Below, one piece after another: positions 10,323 to 18,664 of a DNA stretch of 64,000 nt. The translations under genes and the position numbers were made by a program. A model generated the notes under the pieces. That model worked only from the letters and a program-made list of their open reading frames with translations. It ran no database searches and was not told the origin of the DNA. How positions within the stretch are numbered: the first letter of the stretch is position 1; each line of letters starts with the position of its first letter. The DNA comes from Myxococcota bacterium (lineage in GTDB: Bacteria; Myxococcota_A; UBA9160; UBA6930): contig OZ245015.1 in the NCBI GenBank assembly GCA_965223705.1, forward strand, positions 352,001 through 416,000, read 5' to 3'.

Positions 10323-11563
10323 CGACACGCGACACGTCGGCCCGGGGACTGGCCAACTACCTCTTCGTCACGACCGTCTACGGCGCGTTCACAGCTACCG
10401 ACGGCGCACTCCGCATGTTGGTGCTTCTTCACCTCTACGATCGGGGCCTCGGTCCCTTGGCTCTGGCGACGCTATTTGTCTTGTACGAGTTTTTCGGCGT
10501 CGTCACGAATTTGGTCGGGGGTTGGCTCGGTGCGCGGCTCGGGCTGAAGACGACACTGCTTGTCGGGCTCTTGTTGCAAGCAGCTGCCTGCGCCGCATTG
10601 GCGTACTTCGCCGAAGCCCTCACCGTGCCGATCGTCACGGTGGCACAGGGCGTCTCCGGCGTCGCGAAAGATCTGATCAAGATGAGCTCGAAGAGCTACG
10701 TGCGCTTCGTCGCTCCCGAATCGCATTCGACCGGCTTGCTCGCGTGGGTCAGCTGGATCACCGGCTCGAAGAACACACTCAAAGGGATCGGTTATTTCCT
10801 CGGCGGTTGGCTTCTCGGCGTGTTCGGTTTCTCCGCCACGTGCCTCGCGATGTCGCTCGGGATCCTCGTCGTCGCGCTGGTCGCCGCCACGAGACTCGTT
10901 TGGGTCGCAGCGGATCGCAAGGTGGCGTTTCGCAGCGTCTTCTCGCGCGACTTCCGTATCAACTATCTCGCCGCCGCGAGGCTTTGCTTGTTCGCGTCCC
11001 GCGACGTGTGGTTTGCTATCGCGCTGCCGGTTTTTCTCGCGACGGAATTCGGGTGGAGCTTTGCCGCGATCGGCGCGGTCCTGGCGGTCTGGGTTGTGGG
11101 CTACGGCGTGACCCAGACGCTGGTGCCGATCGCGCTTGAAGGCGGAGCCGAGACGTCGTCCGCACGGCACGGTGCTCGGCTCGCGATCTTCTCTGCCGCG
11201 TTGCTCTTGCCGCTCGTCGTCCTCGGGGTCTGGCTGCGCGCGGGGATTTCACCCGCGGCCTTGCTGGCACTCCTCGGAATCTTCGGCTTGCTCTTCGCGA
11301 TGAACAGCGCGCTGCATAGCTATCTCATCGTGTCCTTCGCACCCGAGCGACGCGTCGCGCAAAGCGTCGGCTTCTACTACACCGCGAACGCAGCGGGACG
11401 CCTGATCGGAACGTTCCTATCGGGTTTCGTCTACCAGTGGACGGGCCACGGCGCGGTCGGGCTCTCGGCTTGCATCGCGGTGGCGGCGCTCTTTGCAGGC
11501 AGCGCCGCATGGCTCGCGTGGCCCCTCCGGCGAGCCGAGGCTGCTAGTTTCGCCAGCGGATGA
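10319..11563 (+). CDS. arsJ: Organoarsenical (1-arseno-3-phosphoglycerate) efflux MFS transporter
   Basis: FTATDGALRMLVLLH..YEFFGVVTNLVGGWLGAR, KMSSKS, TGSKNTLKG, LFASRDVWF and VGFYYTANAAGRL typical of ArsJ; follows GAPDH. Confidence 0.9.
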   Translation: MTTRDTSARGLANYLFVTTVYGAFTATDGALRMLVLLHLYDRGLGPLALATLFVLYEFFGVVTNLVGGWLGARLGLKTTLLVGLLLQAAACAALAYFAEALTVPIVTVAQGVSGVAKDLIKMSSKSYVRFVAPESHSTGLLAWVSWITGSKNTLKGIGYFLGGWLLGVFGFSATCLAMSLGILVVALVAATRLVWVAADRKVAFRSVFSRDFRINYLAAARLCLFASRDVWFAIALPVFLATEFGWSFAAIGAVLAVWVVGYGVTQTLVPIALEGGAETSSARHGARLAIFSAALLLPLVVLGVWLRAGISPAALLALLGIFGLLFAMNSALHSYLIVSFAPERRVAQSVGFYYTANAAGRLIGTFLSGFVYQWTGHGAVGLSACIAVAALFAGSAAWLAWPLRRAEAASFASG

Positions 11564-12084
11564 ACGAGCGTTTCCCACACTTGCTGCGACGACCCGCGAT
11601 CGCGCCGAACGCCTTCGTCGCGCCGAGTGCCGACGTGATGGGCGACGTGACCCTCGAGTCGGAGGCGAGCATCTGGTTTGGGTGCGTGCTCCGCGGCGAC
11701 GTCGAAGCGATACGTGTCGGTGCGCGCAGCAACCTGCAGGACCGCACCGTCGTCCATTCGGCCACCGGCGGCCCCGGCACCTCGATCGGTGCCGACGTCA
11801 GCGTGGGCCACGGCTGCGTTCTGCACGCCTGCACACTGGAAGACGGTGCCTTCGTCGGAATGGGCGCCATCTGTATGGATCGGGCGGTGGTCGAAGGGGG
11901 CGCGATGCTGGCGGCCGGCGCCTTGTTGCCGCCCGGCAAGCGGGTCCCGAGCGGCCAGCTCTGGAGCGGTCAGCCGGCGCGATACGTTCGAGACCTGCGG
12001 CCTCCGGAACTCGAAAACTTCCCGGCCGTGGTCGAGCGCTACGTCGCCTTGTCACGGCGCCACCGCGACCTCGCGAGTCGCTGA
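11560..12084 (+). CDS. Gamma carbonic anhydrase family protein (hexapeptide repeat)
   Basis: LRGD..NLQD..H, VGHGCVLHAC; ATGA overlap with arsJ. Confidence 0.9.
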   Translation: MNERFPHLLRRPAIAPNAFVAPSADVMGDVTLESEASIWFGCVLRGDVEAIRVGARSNLQDRTVVHSATGGPGTSIGADVSVGHGCVLHACTLEDGAFVGMGAICMDRAVVEGGAMLAAGALLPPGKRVPSGQLWSGQPARYVRDLRPPELENFPAVVERYVALSRRHRDLASR

Positions 12085-12146
12085 TTCCCCCCAGGGAAAA
12101 AGTGTGCGGGCCTCGATTTTTCTTCAGTCGGGCGCCAATTCGGCCG

Positions 12147-12155
12147 TGCTATATT
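12147..12155 (+). promoter_or_regulatory. Extended -10 element (TGcTATATT) of a probably leaderless pqqA transcript
   Basis: TATATT at 12150-12155, 7 nt before ATG 12163; no Shine-Dalgarno. Confidence 0.5.
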
Positions 12156-12162
12156 TCTAAGC

Positions 12163-12285
12163 ATGGACAACCACACCGAGACCAAGAAGACCGAAGAGCA
12201 GGCCTACGAGGCGCCCACGTTGCGCGTCCTCAATCTGAACTGCGAAATTTCGGCTTACGCGCCCGACGACGAGCCGCTTTTCTAA
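12163..12285 (+). CDS. pqqA: PQQ precursor peptide PqqA-like, 40 aa (MDNHTETKKTEEQAYEAPTLRVLNLNCEISAYAPDDEPLF)
   Basis: Hand translation; E-x-x-x-Y core (EISAY) with aromatic-x-x-P leader; directly upstream of PQQ-system genes; below the ORF track size cutoff. Confidence 0.8.
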   Translation: MDNHTETKKTEEQAYEAPTLRVLNLNCEISAYAPDDEPLF

Positions 12286-12362
12286 GCATCGTTTCTTACG
12301 GCGACCGCGATCAGCAAGAACGAACCAAAGAGTTCGACAGAAGAACTGCGCGCGGACATCGA

Positions 12363-13139
12363 TTGTCCTGCGCAGCGACTTTCTGCGCGGCGATTTGGCT
12401 TCTCGCCGATTCCGCGTTCGGCGCACCGCAAATACTCAGAATCGGATTCGCCGGAGACCCGAGCCACGCCGCCCGTCGCGGCGCCGAGCTCGGTGTGACG
12501 GAATCGAACCGCCAGGGACGCTACTTCGAAAAAGAGCTCCGACTCGAAACGGAATTCCCGACGGAAGGCGAAACGCCGGAAATCTGGATCGCAGTCGTCG
12601 AGAACGAAGAACTCGAAACCCTGGCGGAGTCCGGGGCCCTGGTCCTGTCCGCCTCGAGTGAGAGCGACGCAATGCGCGCTGCTTGTCGGCCGAATGTCCT
12701 CTTCACTTTGCCGAGCCGCGCGATGGGCCGGCGGGCGCTCGAGCGTGCGCCGAAAGCCGCCACGCGCGCGACTGCCGAAGCTTGGCATCCGTCGCTCGTC
12801 AAATACGCGGCGCGCGACTTGAACAGCCGCTACCGCGAAGCCTTCGACGAACCCATGAATTCGCTCGCCTGGGCCGGGTGGGCGGCAGCCCGCATATTGG
12901 GGGAGGCGTGGACCCGCGGCGCGGGTCCCGACGCGGCGAGCGTCACGCTGTATCTCCGTGAGAAACTCTCTTTCGACGGCCAAAAAGGTGTCGCGATGAG
13001 TTTCGCGCCGAACGGCCAGCTCGAGCAGGTGATGTTTCTGGTGAAGGACGGTCGCGTGGTCGGGGAGGTCCCTCGCGGCCAAAACGCGCAGACGGAGATT
13101 CGAAATCTGGTGAGCCCCGGTTGCGAAAAGACTCCGTGA
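12363..13139 (+). CDS. ABC-type substrate-binding protein of the PQQ-dependent alcohol dehydrogenase system (short form)
   Basis: AWHPSLVKYAARDLNSRY..AWAGWAAARILGEA..FDGQKG..SF..NGQLEQ; signal-peptide-like N-terminus; TTG start uncertain. Confidence 0.7.
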   Translation: MSCAATFCAAIWLLADSAFGAPQILRIGFAGDPSHAARRGAELGVTESNRQGRYFEKELRLETEFPTEGETPEIWIAVVENEELETLAESGALVLSASSESDAMRAACRPNVLFTLPSRAMGRRALERAPKAATRATAEAWHPSLVKYAARDLNSRYREAFDEPMNSLAWAGWAAARILGEAWTRGAGPDAASVTLYLREKLSFDGQKGVAMSFAPNGQLEQVMFLVKDGRVVGEVPRGQNAQTEIRNLVSPGCEKTP

Positions 13140-14110
13140 GACGTTTGTGCCTCTCCGTGTCGGTCGCTCTCCTGACGCTGCTCGCGTCGGCCTGCGGTCC
13201 GCAAGAGCCAATCCGCAGCGGTTGGTTGTTTGTCACGAACGAGGGTGACGACACTGTCTCGATCCTCGACCTCGCGACGAACGAGCCGTTGGAGACCCTC
13301 GCGGTCGGCGGAAGGCCCCGCGGAATCGGCGTGTCCCCGGCTCTCGATCGCGTGTTTGTGGCATTGGGCAACGACGACGCCATCGGTGTGATCGAAGTCG
13401 CGTCCTTGTCCCTAACCGGAACTATCGACGCTGGCTCAGACCCCGAAGCCTTCGGGGTCCACCCTTCGACAGGCAATATCTATCTCTCAAACGAAGATGA
13501 AGGGACGGCGACGGTGCTCGATCCGATCAGCGGCGAGCATCTCGCGGTCATTCCCGTCGGGATCGAACCGGAAGGCGTCGCTGTCTCGCCCGCGGGCGAC
13601 CGCGTGCTGATCACGGCAGAAGCGACGAACACGGTGCACGTGATCAGCATTCCCGAGCACGTCGAGGTCGCGACGTTCCTCGTGGGTCCTCGACCGCGCG
13701 AGGTGACCTTCACTCCGGATGGTGCGATCGCTTACGCCACCACCGAGATCGGACGGCAGATCTTCAAGTTCGACATGAGAACGAACGAGGAGGTCGCGCA
13801 GACGACCCTCGAAGATATCGCGACGAAACCGAAAGGGATCGTTCACCTGCCGAGCCGCAACGAGTTGTGGGTGACCACCGGGCGCGGAAACAGCGTGGTT
13901 GTGCTCGACGCCGACACGCTCGAGCTTCTCGCGACGGTGCCCGTCGGAAAGCGCGTCTGGGGGATCACCGCGGCGCCGGATGAGAGCGTCGTCTTCACGG
14001 CCGATGGCCTCGATAACGCGGTTTCGGAAGTCGACGTCGCCGAGAGAAGAGTGGTCCGGACGCTGCCGGTGGGTGAACGGCCGTGGGGGCTCGTCTACGT
14101 CCCCCGCTAG
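13136..14110 (+). CDS. YVTN-type beta-propeller lipoprotein (PQQ-dependent catabolism-associated)
   Basis: Lipobox LASAC; FVTNE, VGGRPRGI, VGIEPEGVAVSP and VGKRVWG repeats. Confidence 0.85.
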   Translation: MRRLCLSVSVALLTLLASACGPQEPIRSGWLFVTNEGDDTVSILDLATNEPLETLAVGGRPRGIGVSPALDRVFVALGNDDAIGVIEVASLSLTGTIDAGSDPEAFGVHPSTGNIYLSNEDEGTATVLDPISGEHLAVIPVGIEPEGVAVSPAGDRVLITAEATNTVHVISIPEHVEVATFLVGPRPREVTFTPDGAIAYATTEIGRQIFKFDMRTNEEVAQTTLEDIATKPKGIVHLPSRNELWVTTGRGNSVVVLDADTLELLATVPVGKRVWGITAAPDESVVFTADGLDNAVSEVDVAERRVVRTLPVGERPWGLVYVPR

Positions 14111-15864
14111 GGGGCGTCCTCGTCGGCGGATTCGGGCTTCAGGGGCAACGCGAACGCGAACAAAGCGTCGCCCAGCCGAAAGCCCAATCCTTCGTGGCCT
14201 CCCGCTGCAACGACGACGTACTGCCGGCCTTCGTGTTCGACGCTGATGGCCGGGGCGTTTACGCCGGCACCGCACTGAAAGCTCCACAGCTCTTTCCCCG
14301 AATCCGCTTCGTACGCGACGAACCGGCCGGATCCCTCGCCGCTAAAGACGAGATCGCCCGCGGTAGCCAGGACGCCGCCTACGAGCGGTTGCTGCGTCTC
14401 CACCTGCCAGCGAATTTCGCCGGTCGTCGTATCGATGGCGCTCAGTCGACCCGACTCCTCTTCGCGTAGCGGACGCACGCGCGTAACCTCTCCCTGCCCG
14501 GGCGCTAGGCCGGGTACACGCTGGTAGTGCATCGGCATGTGAAGCGCGGGGACAAAAGCCAGCCCGCTGCGAGGATCCAGCGCGATCGGAGACCACGACG
14601 TTCCCCCCGCAGCCCCGGGCGTGATCCGTACGCCTTCGGTCGTGGGCGCCGCAAAGAGATTCTCCTGAGGGACGAAGGCTTTCGAACGCAGGAGCAATTC
14701 GCCGCTCAGGCGGTCGAGCACATAAAGCCAACCGGTTTTCGAGGCCTGGGCGAGCGCGTTCCGCACCTCGCCTTCCGGCGAGATCCAATCGAACAACACC
14801 GGAGGACTTGCGACGTCGTAGCCCCAGACGTCGTGCGGTACTTGTTGGAAGGCCCAGCGAAGTTCGCCGGTCTCGGCGTCGAGCGCGACGACGGATGCCG
14901 TGTGCAAGTTGTCGCCCGGGCGGGCATCGGCGTCGAGCGGCGGTGCCGGGTTTCCCGTGCCCAGATAGAGCAGCCCAGCGCGCGGGTCGACGCTCGGCGT
15001 CGTCCAGATGGATCCGCCGCCGACCGTCCAGGCATCTCGGTACGCGGCGAGTGCCGCTCGTTCCGCATCGATGTCGCGAGGGAGTGCGTTCCCGTCGGTG
15101 GTTTCGGTCGCGAAGTCGCCTTCCCAGCCGGTCTCGGGAACGCTGTGCCAGCGCCACAGCGGACGGCCGTCGCGTGCGTTGAAGGCCGCCAAGTAACCGC
15201 GTCCGCCGGGTTGGGGAAGTCCGAAGCCGGCGCCGGTCACGCCGACGTAGACGCGGCCGCGGTACACCAGAGGCGCCATGTTCGCACCGAGCCCCGCTCC
15301 TTCCGGCACGTATCCCGTTTCCAACGGGTCTGTCGGGGTCGCGTCGGCGGACACCGGCGGCGGTGGGGCCAAGTCAGCGGTCCACAAAACGCGTCCGTCA
15401 CGGACGTGTAGAGCGACGAGCTGCGCGTCCGGCGTCGCGACGAACACTTTGTCGTAAGCGAGCGCGACGCCGCGGTTCGCGAGACCGCAACACAGCTTTT
15501 CGCGCGAAAGAACGTGCTCGTAGCGCCAGCGCACGCGACCTGTCACCAGGTCGAGGGCGACGACCCCGGCCCCTGGCGTCGAAAGGAAAAGCACTCCGTC
15601 GTCCGCGAGGGGAGTGGTGCGGAAGCTGCCTGCGATACCGCTTTGGAAGATCCACGTCGGAGCGAGACGCGCCACGTTGTGCCGGTTGATCTCCGAGAGG
15701 GGCGAGAAACGCTGCTGGCCGTAGTCCCGGCCGTGATGCAACCAGGGCGCCACCTCGCGGTCCGCGCCGCGCAGCCGCTCGTCGTCAATGGTCGCCGCAG
15801 AGGCGCTTCCGCCACACGCAAGTAGGACGCTAACCACCCCGCAGAGGACCACTTTTCTCGTCAT
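14107..15864 (-). CDS. PQQ-dependent dehydrogenase-like beta-propeller (methanol/ethanol family, non-canonical active site)
   Basis: Signal peptide; QRFSPLSEIN, CCGLANRG, GTGNP, RPGDNL, PHDVWGYD and GRQYVVVAAGG. Confidence 0.85.
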   Translation of the reverse strand: MTRKVVLCGVVSVLLACGGSASAATIDDERLRGADREVAPWLHHGRDYGQQRFSPLSEINRHNVARLAPTWIFQSGIAGSFRTTPLADDGVLFLSTPGAGVVALDLVTGRVRWRYEHVLSREKLCCGLANRGVALAYDKVFVATPDAQLVALHVRDGRVLWTADLAPPPPVSADATPTDPLETGYVPEGAGLGANMAPLVYRGRVYVGVTGAGFGLPQPGGRGYLAAFNARDGRPLWRWHSVPETGWEGDFATETTDGNALPRDIDAERAALAAYRDAWTVGGGSIWTTPSVDPRAGLLYLGTGNPAPPLDADARPGDNLHTASVVALDAETGELRWAFQQVPHDVWGYDVASPPVLFDWISPEGEVRNALAQASKTGWLYVLDRLSGELLLRSKAFVPQENLFAAPTTEGVRITPGAAGGTSWSPIALDPRSGLAFVPALHMPMHYQRVPGLAPGQGEVTRVRPLREEESGRLSAIDTTTGEIRWQVETQQPLVGGVLATAGDLVFSGEGSGRFVAYEADSGKELWSFQCGAGVNAPAISVEHEGRQYVVVAAGGHEGLGFRLGDALFAFALPLKPESADEDAP

Positions 15865-15967
15865 AGCCCCGGAGGGTACCCGCTTTCGCGGCATCTGCAG
15901 GGACGTGCGCGTCCTCACACACCCGACGGAACCCCCATCCGAAACCGGTGTCTATGATTCGACAAAC

Positions 15968-15984
15968 GTGGGAAAAATTCCCAC
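15968..15984. promoter_or_regulatory. Palindromic operator-like site 1, GTGGGAA-AAA-TTCCCAC
   Basis: Perfect 7-3-7 inverted repeat in a divergent intergenic region. Confidence 0.65.
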
Positions 15985-16012
15985 AAATCGGGTAGGTTCT
16001 CTGGAAGGGCGA

Positions 16013-16029
16013 GTGGGAAAATTTCCCGC
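16013..16029. promoter_or_regulatory. Palindromic operator-like site 2, GTGGGAA-AAT-TTCCCGC
   Basis: Second copy with one arm mismatch, 45 bp from site 1. Confidence 0.6.
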
Positions 16030-16091
16030 GAGCCGGGGTATCTGAATCAGTCGCCGCGCCTCTCGCTATGGGCCGGCAAGGAGTTTCAACG

Positions 16092-16601
16092 ATGAAGAAA
16101 ATGACCTCACGATGGATTGCGGCCGGTCTCGCCCTCCTGTTCGCGGTAGTCGCGGCCCCGTCCATGGCTCAGGAGCTCGCCGACAAGGCGCCGATCGAGA
16201 CCGCTGTCGACGCCGTTCCGCCCGGCGTTCCGGAGATCTCCCGCGATCCCGTCGACCTCGCTCCCGATCTGCGACCGATCGACGAAGACGTCGCGAACAC
16301 GGCGCTCGTATTTACGAACTGGAGCGGTCGTGATCGCGCGATCCTCTGCGTCGCGTTCAACGGGAACGGCGAGCCCATCGGTCGACGAGCGATCAAGGTC
16401 CCGTCGAATGGCACGAAATACATGCTGGCTTCCGACCTCGCTGGAAACCGCGATTTCGTCGGCAACGCCCAGTGCACGGGCGACCGCCGAATTCACGGAA
16501 CGGCGGTCTTCCTAGGCGCGGGCTTCAGCGATCTGCCGGTGGCGAACGTCGAGCATCGCGGCGACGGTCGCATCCGTTTCCCGCTGATCGCGTCGTACTG
16601 A
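16092..16601 (+). CDS. Secreted hypothetical protein
   Basis: AAGGAG RBS; Sec signal (MKK..SMA|Q); beta-strand-like mature part with two Cys. Confidence 0.8.
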   Translation: MKKMTSRWIAAGLALLFAVVAAPSMAQELADKAPIETAVDAVPPGVPEISRDPVDLAPDLRPIDEDVANTALVFTNWSGRDRAILCVAFNGNGEPIGRRAIKVPSNGTKYMLASDLAGNRDFVGNAQCTGDRRIHGTAVFLGAGFSDLPVANVEHRGDGRIRFPLIASY

Positions 16602-16624
16602 GTCACTCTTTCCATCTGGCGCTC

Positions 16625-16653
16625 GGGACCGGGGCATCGCCCCGGTCCCCTTT
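16625..16653 (+). terminator. Probable intrinsic terminator hairpin
   Basis: GGGACCGGGGC-ATC-GCCCCGGTCCC 11-bp stem followed by CTTT. Confidence 0.6.
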
Positions 16654-16692
16654 GCGTTGCGCCACAATGATGCGGGTACCGCGAGGAGGACC

Positions 16693-17508
16693 GTGAGCGA
16701 AGGCGCAACCGACAACGCGCTGGCGAAGGCCGTGTGGCACCTCTTGCGTCCGCTGGTCAGACTCCTCGTGCGGGGCGGCATGACGTACCCGCGGCTCACG
16801 CCCATGTTGAAATCGCTCTATCTCGATGCGGCCGAAGCCGAGCTGGGCCGCGACGCGTCGGGCAGCCGGGTTCACTTGGCAACCGGCCTCCACCGCAAGG
16901 ACATCCGACGGATGCGGGCTGAAAGCGGAGAGCATCCGCCGCCGCGCCCGCTGGCTCTGGGCGCTCGTCTGGTCGCGGAATGGATCGCCCGTCCCGAGAC
17001 CACCGACGGCGAGGGAAAGCCGCTGCCGCTGCCCCTCCGCGCCGACGCGGGCCCGAGCCTCGAAGCTCTGATCACCCAGGTAAGCACCGACGTTCGTCCG
17101 CGCTCCGTCCTCGAGGAGTGGCAGCGTCTCGGGGTCATCGAGATCGACGACGAAGGTCGTGCCGCGCTGCGAGAAAGCGCTTTCGTTCCGACGCAGGGCG
17201 ACGACGAAAAAGCCCACTACTTCGGTCGCAACCTTCACGACCACATCGCTGCGGGTGCGAGGAACCTCCGCGGAGAAGAGCCTCCGCTCCTCGAGCGAAG
17301 CGTCTACTACAACCAACTCTCCAAACGCTCCGTCGAGGAATTGTCCGCACTTTCGAAGGAGCTGGGCCAAGAAGCGCTCGAGCGAATCAACCGGCGCGCT
17401 CGCGAGCTACAGCGTCGCGACATCGATCGTGGCGACACCGATCGGCGCATGCATTTCGGCGTGTACTTCTACGAGACGAACGACGCGGGGGGCCTGGACG
17501 ATGACTAG
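16693..17508 (+). CDS. DUF6502-family protein (putative DNA-binding regulator)
   Basis: LLRPLVRLL..G, SRVHLATGLHRKDIRR, DVRPRSVLEEW, NLHDHIAA, LERSVYY and FGVYFY; AGGAGG RBS. Confidence 0.8.
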   Translation: MSEGATDNALAKAVWHLLRPLVRLLVRGGMTYPRLTPMLKSLYLDAAEAELGRDASGSRVHLATGLHRKDIRRMRAESGEHPPPRPLALGARLVAEWIARPETTDGEGKPLPLPLRADAGPSLEALITQVSTDVRPRSVLEEWQRLGVIEIDDEGRAALRESAFVPTQGDDEKAHYFGRNLHDHIAAGARNLRGEEPPLLERSVYYNQLSKRSVEELSALSKELGQEALERINRRARELQRRDIDRGDTDRRMHFGVYFYETNDAGGLDDD

Positions 17509-18655
17509 CCGTCTTCGACTCCTCGTGAGCGTTCTGGTCGCGTGGGCCCTCGCATCACCTGCGTGGAGCGGTGTATGTGACGATGCCCCGAGTCTCGTGA
17601 CGGCCGCGGTCATCGGAGACTCCCGTGTCGGCGGAACGGGCCTCGGCGGCGACGACTCCGGGATCGGCGGCACCGGCTACGGCGGAGGAGGCGATGATTC
17701 CGGTGTCGGCGGAACGGGAATCTACGGCACGATTACAGGTTTCGGCAGCATCTGTGTAAACGGCAAGCGAGTGCACATCGATCGCGAACCCGGCGCGGTG
17801 TTCGCGCGCAATGGCCGCACGGCGAGTGCCGATGATCTCGCGGTTGGTCGCGTCGTCTGGATCGACGCTCGAGAACGCGACGACGGGGAAGGGTTCGACG
17901 CCCATCGCGTACATGTCCTGAGCGCGCTCATCGGTCGGGTCGAAGCGGTCGCGCCGCGCAGGCGCTGGCTGCGGGTCGACGGAGTGTGGATCGACGTGCC
18001 ACGAGAGGCGCTCGTCGACGGCGCGACGGGGCCGCTCAAGATCCGCCGAGGCGACACGGTCGACGTGTACGGCCTCCCGAGTCACGGTGGACGCATCTCC
18101 GCGTCACGCGTCGACCGCGTAGCACCCTGGACACCGCGCTGGCGTGCGCCCGAGCTCGGCGTTCTGCTCCGCCAATCGCCTGCGGTCACGCGGCTGTCCA
18201 TCGAAGGACTGGTGTCTTCGGTCGGGGGCGGTCGGTTTGCCGTACCGGGGCTCGAGGTGGCGACGAAGCGCGCCGTCGACCTCGAGCGCGGCCAGCGCGT
18301 TTGGCTCGACGGCGCACGCGTCGCTCCGAACCGAATGCAGCTCGACCGAGCCCGTGTGCTGCAGCGGCCTTCTGCAGGAGGGCTGCCGCCTTTGTTGCCG
18401 CCGGTCCTACGACCGCGTCATTTCGAGAAGGGCGCGGACGTCGAGCCGGGCCCGGCTGTTCAACTGGAAGAAGACATCCTCCCGCCGCCGAAGCTCGGGG
18501 GAGACGACACAGATCTTCAGCCGATCACGCCCGAGTTGCCGGATCTCTTGCGGGAGCGCGAGCTGCGCCCCGACGCGGACGTGATGACGCCGCAAACGAC
18601 GCCGTCGCTTCCCGGCCTCGATATCTCGCGACCGGATCCCGTGGCTCCGCGCTAG
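17501..18655 (+). CDS. DUF5666-domain secreted protein with G(I/V)GGTG repeats
   Basis: Signal peptide; three (I/V)GGTG units followed by GTITGFGSICVNG; overlaps the DUF6502 stop. Confidence 0.75.
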   Translation: MTSRLRLLVSVLVAWALASPAWSGVCDDAPSLVTAAVIGDSRVGGTGLGGDDSGIGGTGYGGGGDDSGVGGTGIYGTITGFGSICVNGKRVHIDREPGAVFARNGRTASADDLAVGRVVWIDARERDDGEGFDAHRVHVLSALIGRVEAVAPRRRWLRVDGVWIDVPREALVDGATGPLKIRRGDTVDVYGLPSHGGRISASRVDRVAPWTPRWRAPELGVLLRQSPAVTRLSIEGLVSSVGGGRFAVPGLEVATKRAVDLERGQRVWLDGARVAPNRMQLDRARVLQRPSAGGLPPLLPPVLRPRHFEKGADVEPGPAVQLEEDILPPPKLGGDDTDLQPITPELPDLLRERELRPDADVMTPQTTPSLPGLDISRPDPVAPR

Positions 18656-18664
18656 CCTGATCGC

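Noticed and set aside
12163..12285. Lasso-peptide precursor reading (YxxPxL leader; Cys1..Asp9 core)
   Set aside because: No Thr at -2, no lasso cyclase or peptidase nearby; the ExxxY motif and PQQ context fit PqqA better
11493..13139. 548-aa ORF spanning the gamma-CA gene and pqqA
   Set aside because: The N-terminal part is an Arg-rich alternative-frame read-through; only the part from about 12363 looks like a real protein
17622..17721. GGCGG-rich DNA repeats
   Set aside because: Explained by the GGTG protein repeats of the DUF5666-like gene
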